A DNA stretch of 64,000 nt from Williopsis jadinii (lineage: Eukaryota). Shown here in pieces: positions 34,624-45,264 of this stretch. The DNA is taken from positions 744,001-808,000 of the forward strand of contig AP024665.1 of the NCBI GenBank assembly GCA_024346625.1. The letters run 5' to 3'. The notes below the pieces were generated by a model. That model saw only the letters and a program-made list of their open reading frames with translations, searched no databases and was not told the DNA's origin. Every line of letters starts with the position of its first letter. The stretch's first letter is position 1. The position numbers were made by a program, and so were the translations under genes.

Positions 34624-35769
34624 ATGACACCTTGTGGAACCAGAGGAGTTCTAGTTATTGATCCAATTGAAATCAGAGGACTTCGGGCCAGATCGGCATC
34701 GACATCGCAAGTGTACATTTTGTTTCAGGTTAGTACCACAGTCCGCCGAACAAAGAGATCACTGTTTACAACGTCCCAGTATCTGAAATGGAGTGAGAAC
34801 TCGCAGTGTAGGTTTGAGATCAAACCAGAGAATGAGCCTAATCTCCAGGTGTTTGTTATGGAGTATAGAACACCATTGCCCCTGCTGCTAGCGTCTGGCG
34901 AGGTTTCTCTTGAGGATGCTTTCCAGCAAAAAGAGAGTAATGCGGTGATTTCACTAAAGCCATATGGCCAATTAGAGATTGAGCTAACGTATTATGCTAT
35001 TGTACCAGTTATCCCGAAGAAGGCTGAATATACGTCTGTTGGTGACTCTCCGAGCGATGATTTGCGGAGCACACCCAGTCCAAAGGCTGAGAATATAATA
35101 TCGTCTGTTGATCTGGTATTTGTCGATAATGGAGTGAAGCAAGAAACAAGCCGACTGAGAAGGCTCGCAAGGAAAGTGAAGCGAAGATATCATGAATCGA
35201 GAAGAGCATCCTATGAGCACACGTACGATCGACAGTCTCAGGCGAATTTGAAACAGTTGGAAGTACAGGTGAATACTGGAAAGGAGCTACCCGATACTCC
35301 AACGACACCGCTGTCGTCATCTGATACATTGTTCCACAGAACATCTGTGGAACTATCAGACTTGAAATCAGAGGAAATGGATGGAATTGATCCATTGAGT
35401 CTACCATTTTCTGCTGTTGATATTGGAGCACAGGCACCTCAAAAGGTTGAGGTGCTTCGAGAGCAGCATGAAATCGATAGGGTCAAGAATTTAAAGTATA
35501 CTTCGTTCCCACCAGAGGTGTTCTCCTTCCTCGATAGGTTACAGAAGCAGAATGTAAAGCACGAGGATTTTATCATTGATAAAGGCATATCTGGTTATAA
35601 TGGGGATGGAACGTGGTCGAGAGGCTGTTTGAGAGACTTCCCACACGACGAAGAAGCACCGTGTCTCCCTCCAAAGATACCCATAGGGATGGTGGGCGAG
35701 GAGTATTTTGTCTTGAACAAGGAGAATTACATGGATTACTTCAAACAAGTATATTCTACATGGTGTTGA
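34624..35769 (+). CDS. Divergent C2-domain protein, INN1-like paralog
   Basis: The N-terminal ~125 aa follow the Inn1 C2 pattern (GVLVI...RFEIKPE...GEVSL...GQLEIELTYY). PxxP-like motif PCLPPKIP near the C-terminus. Confidence 0.7.
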   Translation: MTPCGTRGVLVIDPIEIRGLRARSASTSQVYILFQVSTTVRRTKRSLFTTSQYLKWSENSQCRFEIKPENEPNLQVFVMEYRTPLPLLLASGEVSLEDAFQQKESNAVISLKPYGQLEIELTYYAIVPVIPKKAEYTSVGDSPSDDLRSTPSPKAENIISSVDLVFVDNGVKQETSRLRRLARKVKRRYHESRRASYEHTYDRQSQANLKQLEVQVNTGKELPDTPTTPLSSSDTLFHRTSVELSDLKSEEMDGIDPLSLPFSAVDIGAQAPQKVEVLREQHEIDRVKNLKYTSFPPEVFSFLDRLQKQNVKHEDFIIDKGISGYNGDGTWSRGCLRDFPHDEEAPCLPPKIPIGMVGEEYFVLNKENYMDYFKQVYSTWC

Positions 35770-36227
35770 TCACCATATATTAGCGAGGGGCATGTGTACA
35801 TACATCAGAAACAGAGTAACAAGCATGAGAAGGAGCTAGACTTAGAGATAACACTGGAGCTGTTAACGAGCCATAGTGGTGTCACGCAGAACACTGAGAG
35901 GACTGTCATTGATTATAGAGTACAATCCCGACTTTGCTCCACATCAGAGGCCGTGGAAGCTTCGATATGGCATTTTGTCCAATTCCTTAGAGAAAAGCTA
36001 CATACATAATCCAACCTAATGAACGTCATTTACTCCCGTGGAGGATAGTTTTCTAGCTTGTAACATTTTCCTTGTACTGGACGAGTAACATCTTGCGTGG
36101 GTCATAGCTAAAGGAACTGAACTACGTGACGCAATTGGTCAGCTCTCGATTCCTATGAAGCTGCTAAGCATGAATACCAAGGTCTGAGGCACAGTTCTCA
36201 GCCTCTAGACCGGAGACTACTGAGAGA

Positions 36228-36601
36228 TTCCTAATTAGGAAATATACCGTGTTAGGCAGTAATCGAAGAATTTTAGCACTTTTGATCTGACACACCCGGA
36301 CACCACAACATATATTTTCCGGTGAGCGGAATTTCTTTGGCGGAATTTCCTGAAACTTGTTCTCAAAGTAACACTTCTGATGTGGACCTTGGAGATGAAA
36401 GTTTTAGTTGCATGAGAAGATTGTTTTGATCAGAGGATTCCCACAAGAGAATATGTTGGTGTATTTATATCTACTCTTTCCCACTCTAGCAGTATTGGTT
36501 TAGAGTGCTTTCATATCTTATCTATTTGATGCACGTGATGGGTACGGTATAACTCACGTGACTCTCTTCAGCCTTGCTTTCTTTTTTGTTTGTTTGTTTA
36601 C
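36228..36601. promoter_or_regulatory. INN1 promoter: palindromic Mcm1 site, two CACGTG boxes, forkhead site
   Basis: TTCCTAATTAGGAA at 36228-36241; CACGTG at 36532 and 36555; TGTTTAC at 36595-36601. Confidence 0.6.
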
Positions 36602-36755
36602 ATCCTCTGCGTGTTTCAACTATTTTAAGCGAAATTGGAAGATTTTCTCACCGTGAATCCGTTGGAATTGACAAGGGATTTATACGTTTGGTGTGTTAGC
36701 AAGTCTGAGTGTGTTCATTGCTTTCAATAACGGCAATAGATCGAAGGACTGAGCC

Positions 36756-38228
36756 ATGTCGCAGTTCAGAGGCAACAGCGGAACGTTGATTATCATTGTT
36801 GGTAGAGCTAAGGATCTACCGAATAAGCGGAAGCTGGAGAAGCAAAACCCATACTGTCTTTTGAGGATAGCCAACCTGACGGACAAGACAAATGCAGATC
36901 TACGTGGAGGACAGGTGCCCAGATGGGATGAAGAGTTCAGGTTCACGATATCGCCAGAGATCTCGCCGGTGTTGAAGTTGAGCGTGCTGGACGAGACGAA
37001 GAAGGCCCCAACGTTGATTGCAGAGGCAGAGATTGATTTTACACCGGTGTTCTACTCATCAGTGAAAGAAGGATATGATAAGTGGCATCCGCTAACGTCT
37101 GGCTCAAGAGAAGCTGGTGAGATCTACCTGGAAATGACTTTCTACCCAGCTAGTAGTGCTACTGTGTCGAGAAAATCCATGTCAATGTCAACGACGAGTT
37201 CCCAGTCTCCAAAAAAGCGATCATTACCACCAGTTCCAGGACAACAGTCACCACCACTCTCTGGTGGAGAAAGTAATAGTGCAAGAGTGGTATATTCTAT
37301 ACCACCACCATTACCAAGGGTGAACAATGTCCAGACTCGACTCGGGGATAGTTTTAGAGCGTCTCAAACATCTGTGCATTCTCTTCCAGATGTTCCAAGA
37401 CAGAATGATATAAGGAACGCCAACAACAACATTGATGACCACCAGGAAGTATTTGTGGAAGAACCATCACCTCCTATTGAAAAAGTAGATTCAAATGAAG
37501 ACAGAGACAACGATTGGATGTCGTATGCTAAGAAGCTAACGTCGAAGTATGCAGCTCCGTTCTTTGGCAAACCTGAGACAACCACAACGCCGACGACAGA
37601 GACGGCGACAACGACAGCAACGATTACCACAGGCCCAATGTCTCTAGACGGCAACGATTCTTCTCGTGATTTTGACCAACTTGAACGTGAGGTTCAATCT
37701 GATTTTGAGCAGAATGGGAGACGACATACGAGAAATGAGCCAAAGAATAAACCACCACCTGTTCCTTCTCACAGCTCAGGATCTTTCAGACTATCAGGCT
37801 CAGGGGGCTCAGCGAATTCGATACCACCTCCAGTACCACAGCACAGCTCAGGGTCATTTAGCACTACTAAGTACGATGTCATTGAACCGGTCCGAGATCG
37901 GGCGAGCCCTTCATCACATACACATCGTGGCAGTCCAACAAGGAAGCCTCCACAGTCTTTTTACAAGAGTGGACAAACGTCACCTGCAAGGTTGGACCTT
38001 TCGAGTATTCCATACGATGCGTTCAATATTTCACCTGTTAAGCCTACATCACAACCTGTCCAAACTACAGGGTTTGGAGAGCCACTTTTCAACAGAAACG
38101 ATAACGATGTTTTGTTACCGATTCACAATGCACCAACTCCTGCTGATGTATTTGGCAACTCTTCCAGATCTAGGATGTCTCCTACGAGATTTGGGACGTC
38201 ATTACCACCTGTTCCTCCCAAACATTAG
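36756..38228 (+). CDS. INN1: Cytokinesis ingression protein Inn1/Fic1
   Basis: C2 domain AKDLPNKRKLEKQNPYC...GGQVPRW...AGEIYLEMTFYP followed by multiple PxxP motifs. Adjacent to RPC31. Confidence 0.9.
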   Translation: MSQFRGNSGTLIIIVGRAKDLPNKRKLEKQNPYCLLRIANLTDKTNADLRGGQVPRWDEEFRFTISPEISPVLKLSVLDETKKAPTLIAEAEIDFTPVFYSSVKEGYDKWHPLTSGSREAGEIYLEMTFYPASSATVSRKSMSMSTTSSQSPKKRSLPPVPGQQSPPLSGGESNSARVVYSIPPPLPRVNNVQTRLGDSFRASQTSVHSLPDVPRQNDIRNANNNIDDHQEVFVEEPSPPIEKVDSNEDRDNDWMSYAKKLTSKYAAPFFGKPETTTTPTTETATTTATITTGPMSLDGNDSSRDFDQLEREVQSDFEQNGRRHTRNEPKNKPPPVPSHSSGSFRLSGSGGSANSIPPPVPQHSSGSFSTTKYDVIEPVRDRASPSSHTHRGSPTRKPPQSFYKSGQTSPARLDLSSIPYDAFNISPVKPTSQPVQTTGFGEPLFNRNDNDVLLPIHNAPTPADVFGNSSRSRMSPTRFGTSLPPVPPKH

Positions 38229-38301
38229 AAACTCTTTCGTATAATAATAGTAATAGTATTAATATTGGAAAAACACACCCAACTATACTTTTAATAGTGA
38301 A

Positions 38302-38997
38302 TCAGAATGCAGCTTCATCGTTGTAGTCATCTTCATCTCCAAAATCTTCACCATCTTCAAAGTATTTCTCAGCGTTATAGTCATCATCATCATCTTCCTC
38401 GAACTCATCATCCAAGTGATCTTCGAATTCGTTATTATTACGTTCGTGTGCTTCATCCTTTTCGTCTTCCACGTCAGCCATCTCTTTCAGCTTATCCATT
38501 ATGGTTTTACCAATCTCATCGTTGTTTAAGTTGTCCAACACTTGCTTTGAGCTCTTCAACTTGGAGAGCTGTAGCAGTTTTCTCTTCTTCTTGTCATCAA
38601 CACCCATGACTCTGTATAGTTCTTGAGGGAAGAACTCTATACTATATGGATGCTCATCTATAGAGTGGCCGATCTTTCGCTTCTTCAAGTACTTATCAGA
38701 GTATCTCTTCAACCCATCGTTTATACCGTCCTCGCTGATCTCTGACTTCGCATTCCCAGCCTCCACCTCTAACGAGTCACCTGTGTAGAATGCACCATCG
38801 CTCACCAATGCGGAAAAGTTTATGAAATGCGATGCCTTCACCTTCTCAACATCAGACATCGTACCGTTAACGGGTAGTATCACCTTTGGCTTCTCCGATT
38901 GAGCGATGTTTATAACGTCATGGTAATCCAGACCAAAGGGCAAGTTTCTTTGGAATCCTCCACTCGAAGAACCTCCTCTTCCACCACGGAAACTCAT
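38302..38997 (-). CDS. RPC31: RNA polymerase III subunit C31
   Basis: LPFGLDY, GLKRYSDKY, FFPQEL and acidic tail DYNAEKYFEDGE. Confidence 0.93.
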   Translation of the reverse strand: MSFRGGRGGSSSGGFQRNLPFGLDYHDVINIAQSEKPKVILPVNGTMSDVEKVKASHFINFSALVSDGAFYTGDSLEVEAGNAKSEISEDGINDGLKRYSDKYLKKRKIGHSIDEHPYSIEFFPQELYRVMGVDDKKKRKLLQLSKLKSSKQVLDNLNNDEIGKTIMDKLKEMADVEDEKDEAHERNNNEFEDHLDDEFEEDDDDDYNAEKYFEDGEDFGDEDDYNDEAAF

Positions 38998-39268
38998 TTC
39001 TTTACGTTATATGTCTATTCATATAAAGTGGATCCATTCTGGTTATAGGAACAGAAAAAAATTTCCCTTAGGCTCTTCGGGGTTTTCACAGCATCTCGAG
39101 GGCGATATTGGAGTGAAAAATTCCACCATAAAGAAGATCACCACTAGTCATATCGTCTTAGGTCAGCCATTATATTTACGGTATCAGACACTACAATGAG
39201 ATGGTGGTAGTCACTACAGTGGATAAATGTAGATAGATGAGTTGGAAAGCAACGTAAAAATAGCGGGA

Positions 39269-39610
39269 TCATTCTTGGAGTAACTCTTCAAGCTCATCGT
39301 CATCAACGTCCCCAGCAGCTGCACTTTCCAATGCCTCTTGCAGCAATTTCTCTTGTCTTTTAACTCTCTTTCTAGTCTTCTTACCCCAGCCCCACGACTC
39401 TTCATGTTCAGGGTTCTCAACCAATCTCTCAATGTTGCTCTGTTGCTGTTCAGTTTGACTCTCCTCCAGTTGTCCTTGTAGTTGACGATTTGCGAGGAAT
39501 TTGTTCAGCTGGGTTCGTAAGAACCAATAGCCTCCAATTATCACCACGAGCCTTATCGCATGTTTGAGATCGATGTTGACGACCTGTTCAATGAGGGATT
39601 GAATGGACAT
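39269..39610 (-). CDS. PGA2: Pga2 (processing of Gas1 and ALP)
   Basis: IRLVVIIGGYWFLR and WGWGKKTRKR motifs; sits between RPC31 and ALF1. Confidence 0.88.
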   Translation of the reverse strand: MSIQSLIEQVVNIDLKHAIRLVVIIGGYWFLRTQLNKFLANRQLQGQLEESQTEQQQSNIERLVENPEHEESWGWGKKTRKRVKRQEKLLQEALESAAAGDVDDDELEELLQE

Positions 39611-39851
39611 TTGCTTCGATTACAGGCCCTCAACGTTGAAGATAACGGGAATGAGAGAAGTGGGCAAAACGGTTTTATGGAAGCGAAGTAACCGTTTGCC
39701 TTACTAAGCAGCCTAATAATTATTATTATTATATTATTATAATGATATTATATCTCAAGCACAGTACATTGCCCTGTTGGGCTTGAATGCGTGTGATTCC
39801 TCGGCAGTGTCTATACGCTATGAGCGCAATTGAAGCTAATACACAGCACAG

Positions 39852-40568
39852 CTATATCTCGTCATCACTGCCGAATGGATCCAGCTCTGGGAAGTCGCCT
39901 TGCTCAATCTGTTGTGGTTTGAGGAAGCTCCCATAACCCGGGTTGCAATTGAAGTAGTAGACACCTTTGATGGAACCATCGTTCTTACCGAGTGGCTCGT
40001 CAAACTCCACGCCACACCACGTTTGTAGCCCTTGATCAATCTCTGGCACTTTCCCTATAAACCGTATGACTCCTCTCCTCTCGTCATGCGTATCATTCAC
40101 AGTACGAAACCTCGAACCAACAGTCAAATTCTGTGCAATGGAGCTGTTCAACTGCACAGATTTGTTCAATTTGCCGGTATACGATGGATCGTACTTCCCC
40201 AGTTGGTTGACTCTCTTCCAGTGCCTTAGCGTATCCGTTCTCTTATCGTACTCCTCATCATCCATCACGTACTCTTCGTGAGGACGGTCCTCGTCCTCCA
40301 ACGCGCGCAGCTCAGAGTCAGGCCTTGTATCGTTAACCTGGATGCGTGCGCCCTCTGGAAGCTCGTACCCACTAAGCAACGTGTCATCCTTGTCGATGGA
40401 TACACTCTCAGATGAGGTGGGCAAGGGGTATAGCAACAGCTCCTGTGACTGTGGTGGTATCCCGGTGATTTGTTCCAACCTTTGCTTCAGATGCGACACT
40501 GTCCAATTCGTGGAGATTCTTCTCTGCGAATTGGTCAGCGATGAAGTGACATTAACGGTGATATCCAT
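39852..40568 (-). CDS. ALF1: Tubulin folding cofactor B (Ubl + CAP-Gly)
   Basis: N-terminal ubiquitin-like domain; CAP-Gly WCGVEFDEPLGKNDGS. Confidence 0.93.
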   Translation of the reverse strand: MDITVNVTSSLTNSQRRISTNWTVSHLKQRLEQITGIPPQSQELLLYPLPTSSESVSIDKDDTLLSGYELPEGARIQVNDTRPDSELRALEDEDRPHEEYVMDDEEYDKRTDTLRHWKRVNQLGKYDPSYTGKLNKSVQLNSSIAQNLTVGSRFRTVNDTHDERRGVIRFIGKVPEIDQGLQTWCGVEFDEPLGKNDGSIKGVYYFNCNPGYGSFLKPQQIEQGDFPELDPFGSDDEI

Positions 40569-40755
40569 GGCTCGTTCCTCTGTTTACTGCTCGCTCTGTT
40601 TGTTGAGGCTCTGTTCTAATATTTGCTCTCTCTGTTTTAGCTGAAATGGTTGCAAGGCGTGAGAAAACAAACCTCGGAAAAACGCCCGTCAAAACGAAAA
40701 AAAGCCTTCAACATCAACATCAACAATACATCGACAAAGCGGTAAATAGGCAGAC

Positions 40756-41321
40756 ATGTCGGGGAAAACAGTGAGTATCCTGCTCAAGTTCGATGAGGCG
40801 TTGAGCCAGAAACCACCAACAGAAATGAATGGCCACTAACACCAGTTACAAACAGGATGAAGGCAGAAAGAGGGAAAGAGAAGCTCCAAAGAAGTATGTG
40901 AATGAGTGGCTCGCCAACCACCAGGACCAACGAGTGCGTGTGAAGTTTACACAAGGCAGACAAGGTGAGTGACATATAGTGCCTGTTCATATTTCGTGCC
41001 CGTGGCCGCAGTGCGGCGTACTAATACATCGTTGTCGTATAGTTGTTGGTGTCCTCAAGGGATATGACCAGTTGATGAACCTGGTACTCGATGACGTCGA
41101 AGAGACACTAAGAGGTGAGTCAATACCGTGTTTTCAGCATGAAAATCTCCACAAGCAAACTAACTTCTAACACTTTTGCTACAGACCACGACGACTTGGA
41201 CGTTCTAACGAAACAAACCAGACATTTGGGCCTGGTTGTTGTCAGAGGCCCTCTGCTGTTAACCATCTCACCGGTGGATGGCATGGAAGAGATCGAAAAC
41301 CCATTTAACGTACAAGAGTAA
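40756..41321 (+). CDS. LSM7: Lsm7, four exons
   Basis: Exons 40756-40770, 40856-40964, 41043-41114 and 41185-41321; all three donors GTGAGT. Spliced ...RVRVKFTQGRQVVGVLKGYDQLMNLVLDD...RHLGLVVVRG...ENPF. Confidence 0.9.
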
Positions 41322-41724
41322 TGGCATGATATTCTACTTACACATCCGTACTCACTAGAATAACCCGGGTGCCACCAACTCGTAGTTAACCACCCACGTC
41401 TCCACCATTAAAGCACCACCAGCTGAAGCCCAATGTTGAGTATCTCCCCCATGCTGCGCTCTGCCTAACCTGGTGAGGGCCTCCCGCTAAACGTCATCGG
41501 CAGGTGTCTGCCTACGGGCAGACCGTGGGGCCCTAAACGAAAATCCGGCGATGGGCCTGGAATCGCCGTTGGAGATAAAAATTTTCCCACCGAGCAAGCA
41601 CTTTCAGATCATCGCTGATAACAAAGGGGACTAATATAAAAAGGTAGTTGGGGTTAAGAGGAACAAGCCCAGGTTGATTGAGCCAAGTCAGCACACACTA
41701 CAAGCCATATTTAAGAAAGAAACC

Positions 41725-42369
41725 ATGTCAGAATATCCAAACGTACTTCTGCTTCCACAAACCAACCAGCTGCGTGGACTGTACTCCATCATCAGATCAA
41801 AGGAGACGCATCGTTCAGATTTCGTGTTCTATTCGGATAGAATCATCCGTCTGCTGGTTGAGAAGGGCCTGGACCAGTTGCCGGTGGAGGAGAAGAAGAT
41901 TGTGACACCGTTGGGTGTCGAGCACGACGGTGTCGAGTTCTTGGGAAAGATCTGTGGTGTCTCCATCGTCAGAGCTGGCGAAAGCATGGAACAGGGTCTA
42001 AGGGATTGCTGCAGATCAGTGAGAATCGGTAAGATTCTGATCCAGAGAGATGAAGAAACAGCTTTGCCAAAGCTGTTCTATGAGAAGTTACCTGATGATA
42101 TCGCTGACCGTTATGTGTTTCTGTTGGACCCAATGCTGGCAACTGGAGGCTCTGCAATGCTAGCGACGGAGGTGCTTATCAAGCGTGGTGTCAAGCCTGA
42201 GAGAATCTTCTTCTTGAACTTGTTGGCTGCTCCAGAAGGTATCGAGGCCTACCACGCCAAGTTCCCACAGATTAAGATCATCACAGGTGGAATTGATCCA
42301 AAGCTGGATGACAAGAAGAGAATCTACCCTGGTTTGGGTGATTTCGGTGATAGATACTACTGTATTTAA
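41725..42369 (+). CDS. FUR1: Uracil phosphoribosyltransferase
   Basis: LLPQTNQL, SIVRAGESME, LLDPMLATGGS and PGLGDFGDRY motifs. ATG at 41725; RRPE AAAAATTTT at 41577-41585. Confidence 0.96.
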   Translation: MSEYPNVLLLPQTNQLRGLYSIIRSKETHRSDFVFYSDRIIRLLVEKGLDQLPVEEKKIVTPLGVEHDGVEFLGKICGVSIVRAGESMEQGLRDCCRSVRIGKILIQRDEETALPKLFYEKLPDDIADRYVFLLDPMLATGGSAMLATEVLIKRGVKPERIFFLNLLAAPEGIEAYHAKFPQIKIITGGIDPKLDDKKRIYPGLGDFGDRYYCI

Positions 42370-42411
42370 TCTGTTTTCTGAATTTTGAACAGCCTTTTCA
42401 TCTCAATTAAC

Positions 42412-43688
42412 TTATAGACATTTGGTATGTACAATGTCAGGATTCTCCTCCCATTCTTGTTTAGAAACCCACATCTTTTTAAAGGTACTTAGCCCTGAAA
42501 GAATAGATCCACCAATCCATGTGCTGAACTTCCTCTCACTAGGAGCCAGGATCTTTATCTTTGTTCCCTTTGTAGTTAGCAACTTCATCTCATTTATCAG
42601 ACGATCACCAAATCCTCGAGTCATTGTGGTGCCCCCACTCAACACGACGCTCTGGTACAACACGTTTCGAAGATCAATGTCAACTTTTTGAATAGATTCA
42701 AACAACAACTCATGAATACCCGGACACTCAGACCCAACAATGTCAGGCCGGAATAAGATCTCTGGTGATCTAAACCTCTCTGCGCCAAGAGTGATAACCT
42801 GTCCATCTGGTAATTTATACATAGTGGTAGACTCCTCTTCATCTCCTGTTTGCACTGGCTTCGAAAGCGCCCTCATAAGCCAGTCATTTTCATCAGCTTT
42901 AGGGTCCTTTGACACGTAACAGAACTTCTCCTTTATTTCTCTGACGATTTCCCTTTCAGCACTTGTCTGTAACCATACTCCATTCTTCTGCATCAAGAGT
43001 TGTAATTGGTCAGTGATATCTCTCCCGGCAATATCCATTCGCTTTATAGAACCTGGAAGACTGAAGCCATCGTACACAGGGACAACATGGGTGACTCCAT
43101 CACCACTATCCAAGACAACCCCAGTGGTTCGTCCAGATGCATAAAGAGCTAGTATTGCCTGTATTGAGAGGTACAGCGCCGGTGTGTTAAACGTTTCAAA
43201 GAAGATCTCACAACAACGATCTCGATTACTCTTGGGGTTCAAGGGAGCCTCAGTTAATAACACAGGATGATCACTTGTCACTATCTTCAACTCCTGGGTC
43301 AACACACTATGCCAGATCTTCTCCATATCGTCCCAATGTGTTACAACACCGTGTCTCATGGGGTATCGCAGCCTCAGCAGCCCTCTGTGTGCCTCTGCAG
43401 AGTTTCCAATGAACGTGTCACCTTCTAGAGCACCAGCCATAACTTTCGAGTACTTCGGCCACCCAATGCTTCAGCCATCTGTTAGTAAAATGTTCGATAA
43501 TACGCGTACAGTACTAGACTTACACCGATTGAGCTGTATGCTTTGGCTGTTCTTCACCGGCAAAACCAGCTTTTATAGACCCAGAACCCTTTGGAAAAGC
43601 AGACTGTTAGTAACCAATTGGAGATGAGAGCACATGGGAGAGCACTTACATTGTCAATGACAACAGGTTGGTTAAGCAAGGAGTCCAT
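42412..43688 (-). CDS. ARP1: Actin-related protein Arp1 (centractin); introns 43589-43649 and 43469-43523
   Basis: Spliced MDSLLNQPVVIDN|GSGSIKAGFAGEEQPK...|...PKYSKVMAGALEG. Both introns GTAAGT..TACTAAC..AAG. Convergent with FUR1. Confidence 0.92.
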
Positions 43689-43858
43689 CAGTTGCGTGAG
43701 CAGTTGGAGATCATCGTGTTTGTTTACGTATTTGGTGAACTATGCCAATGAAGTTTCGCTCTGTGTTTCGCGTGAAATTATATAATATAATATAATATAA
43801 TTTTAATTGTCAATATATACATTCAATGACATACACATACGTATACTATTAGAGCAAA

Positions 43859-44985
43859 TCAGTCGACACTAACCGGCTTGATAGTGTCACGAACACATGC
43901 AAAATCAGTTGTCTTCAAAGGTCTCACTCTAACCTCGTCGTCGCTTAATCTGATACCGTCTTTGAAGTTTGATCTAATGTACTCCCTCATCGCATTCATA
44001 GCAGCTTCACGACATGCCTCTTTCAGATCTGATCCACTGAACCCACGCGTACAGCTGACAACTTCGCCTAGATCGAAGTCACGCGAGAGCTTGGTATCGT
44101 TCAGCAACAGTTTGAGAATGCGTTCTCTCTGTTCAGGTTTTGGTAATTCAACGGCAAATCTCTTTGGCATACGTCTCAGGAATGCAGAGTCGATATCGTT
44201 TGGTCTGTTAGTGGCACCTAGCACGAGGATTCTCCCCGACGAGGTAAGCCCATCCCAGAGAGTCATGAACTCTGCCTTGAGCATCGCGGTGACTTCGTGA
44301 TCCATGGATTGACGTTCTCTCAGGAAAGAGTCAATCTCATCAATGAAGATGATACACGGTTGCAATTTCTGTGCGAGGGAGAAGATGGTATCAACCATCT
44401 TATTACTCTCACCGTACCATTTATCCATCACCTGGGACATTCTAATGGAGATGAAATTTGCCCCGGATTCCTTTGCAAGTGCTTTGGCTATCATGGTCTT
44501 ACCACACCCTGGAGGCCCATAGAGCAATACACCCTTTGGCGCCTGTAATAACGACGACTGTGTGAACAGCTCTGGTAGAGTTAATGGATACAGCACGCTC
44601 TCTCTGAGCTCATCGATAATAGGCTCCAAACCACCGATATCTTTGTTCTCAGTTAGTAAGATTCAAACAGGCTTGCTCCCGCCAAAAGGAACAGGCACAG
44701 GTGGGAGGAAGAGGTATACTACTAACCTTCAAACTTCACGTCAATCTCGAAAGGTGTAACCACACTGGCCAGCACTGCGTTCTCATAGTCGTTCAGCTCC
44801 AGCTTCAAAGCCGGGTTCAGCATCTTCAACCGTTGCAGTGATTCATTGGCCTTCTTCTTTGTCTCGCTGGACTTTGCCGAAGGCCCATCTTGTGACAGAA
44901 GCACTGACATCATATAATAGGCAGAGATAGACGCTCCGATGAACAGAGCAACGTCTGTTATCACTTTTATATCAACCTTTGGCAT
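43859..44985 (-). CDS. MSP1: Membrane-anchored AAA ATPase Msp1; intron 44641-44726
   Basis: N-terminal TM segment. Spliced [36 protein letters not shown]. Intron GTTAGT..TACTAAC..AAG. Confidence 0.93.
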
Positions 44986-45193
44986 TTTGAAGTCTCTGAT
45001 TCTGGTTGATCTTCTGCTCAAAATGAGAAAAGAAGCTGGTGGTTTAGAAAAGGAAGTTAATCTTCCTGGTGGAGAGAGCTTTTCTGTCGCTGCCCAGCCC
45101 TTTCTCGCCTCTGGGGACTTTCCCCCGAGTAACAAAGTTTTAGCTGCCTTCTGGCGGTCTGTGGGCCCGAGAGACAGAGCGCTAGGCAGGGAC

Positions 45194-45217
45194 AAAAAAA
45201 ATTTAACAGGCGATGAG
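45194..45217 (+). promoter_or_regulatory. RRPE-like and PAC elements upstream of SGD1
   Basis: AAAAAAAATTT at 45194-45204 and GCGATGAG at 45210-45217, ahead of a ribosome-biogenesis gene. Confidence 0.6.
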
Positions 45218-45264
45218 CATCTCCTGTTACACGGCGTGGATGGCCAGAGCATAGAAGAGGAATA

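Noticed and set aside
2038..42369. Possible CUG codon reassignment to Ser or Ala
   Set aside because: CTG falls on conserved Leu positions in END3 (NSKL) and FUR1 (TNQL, GLY, IRLLV).
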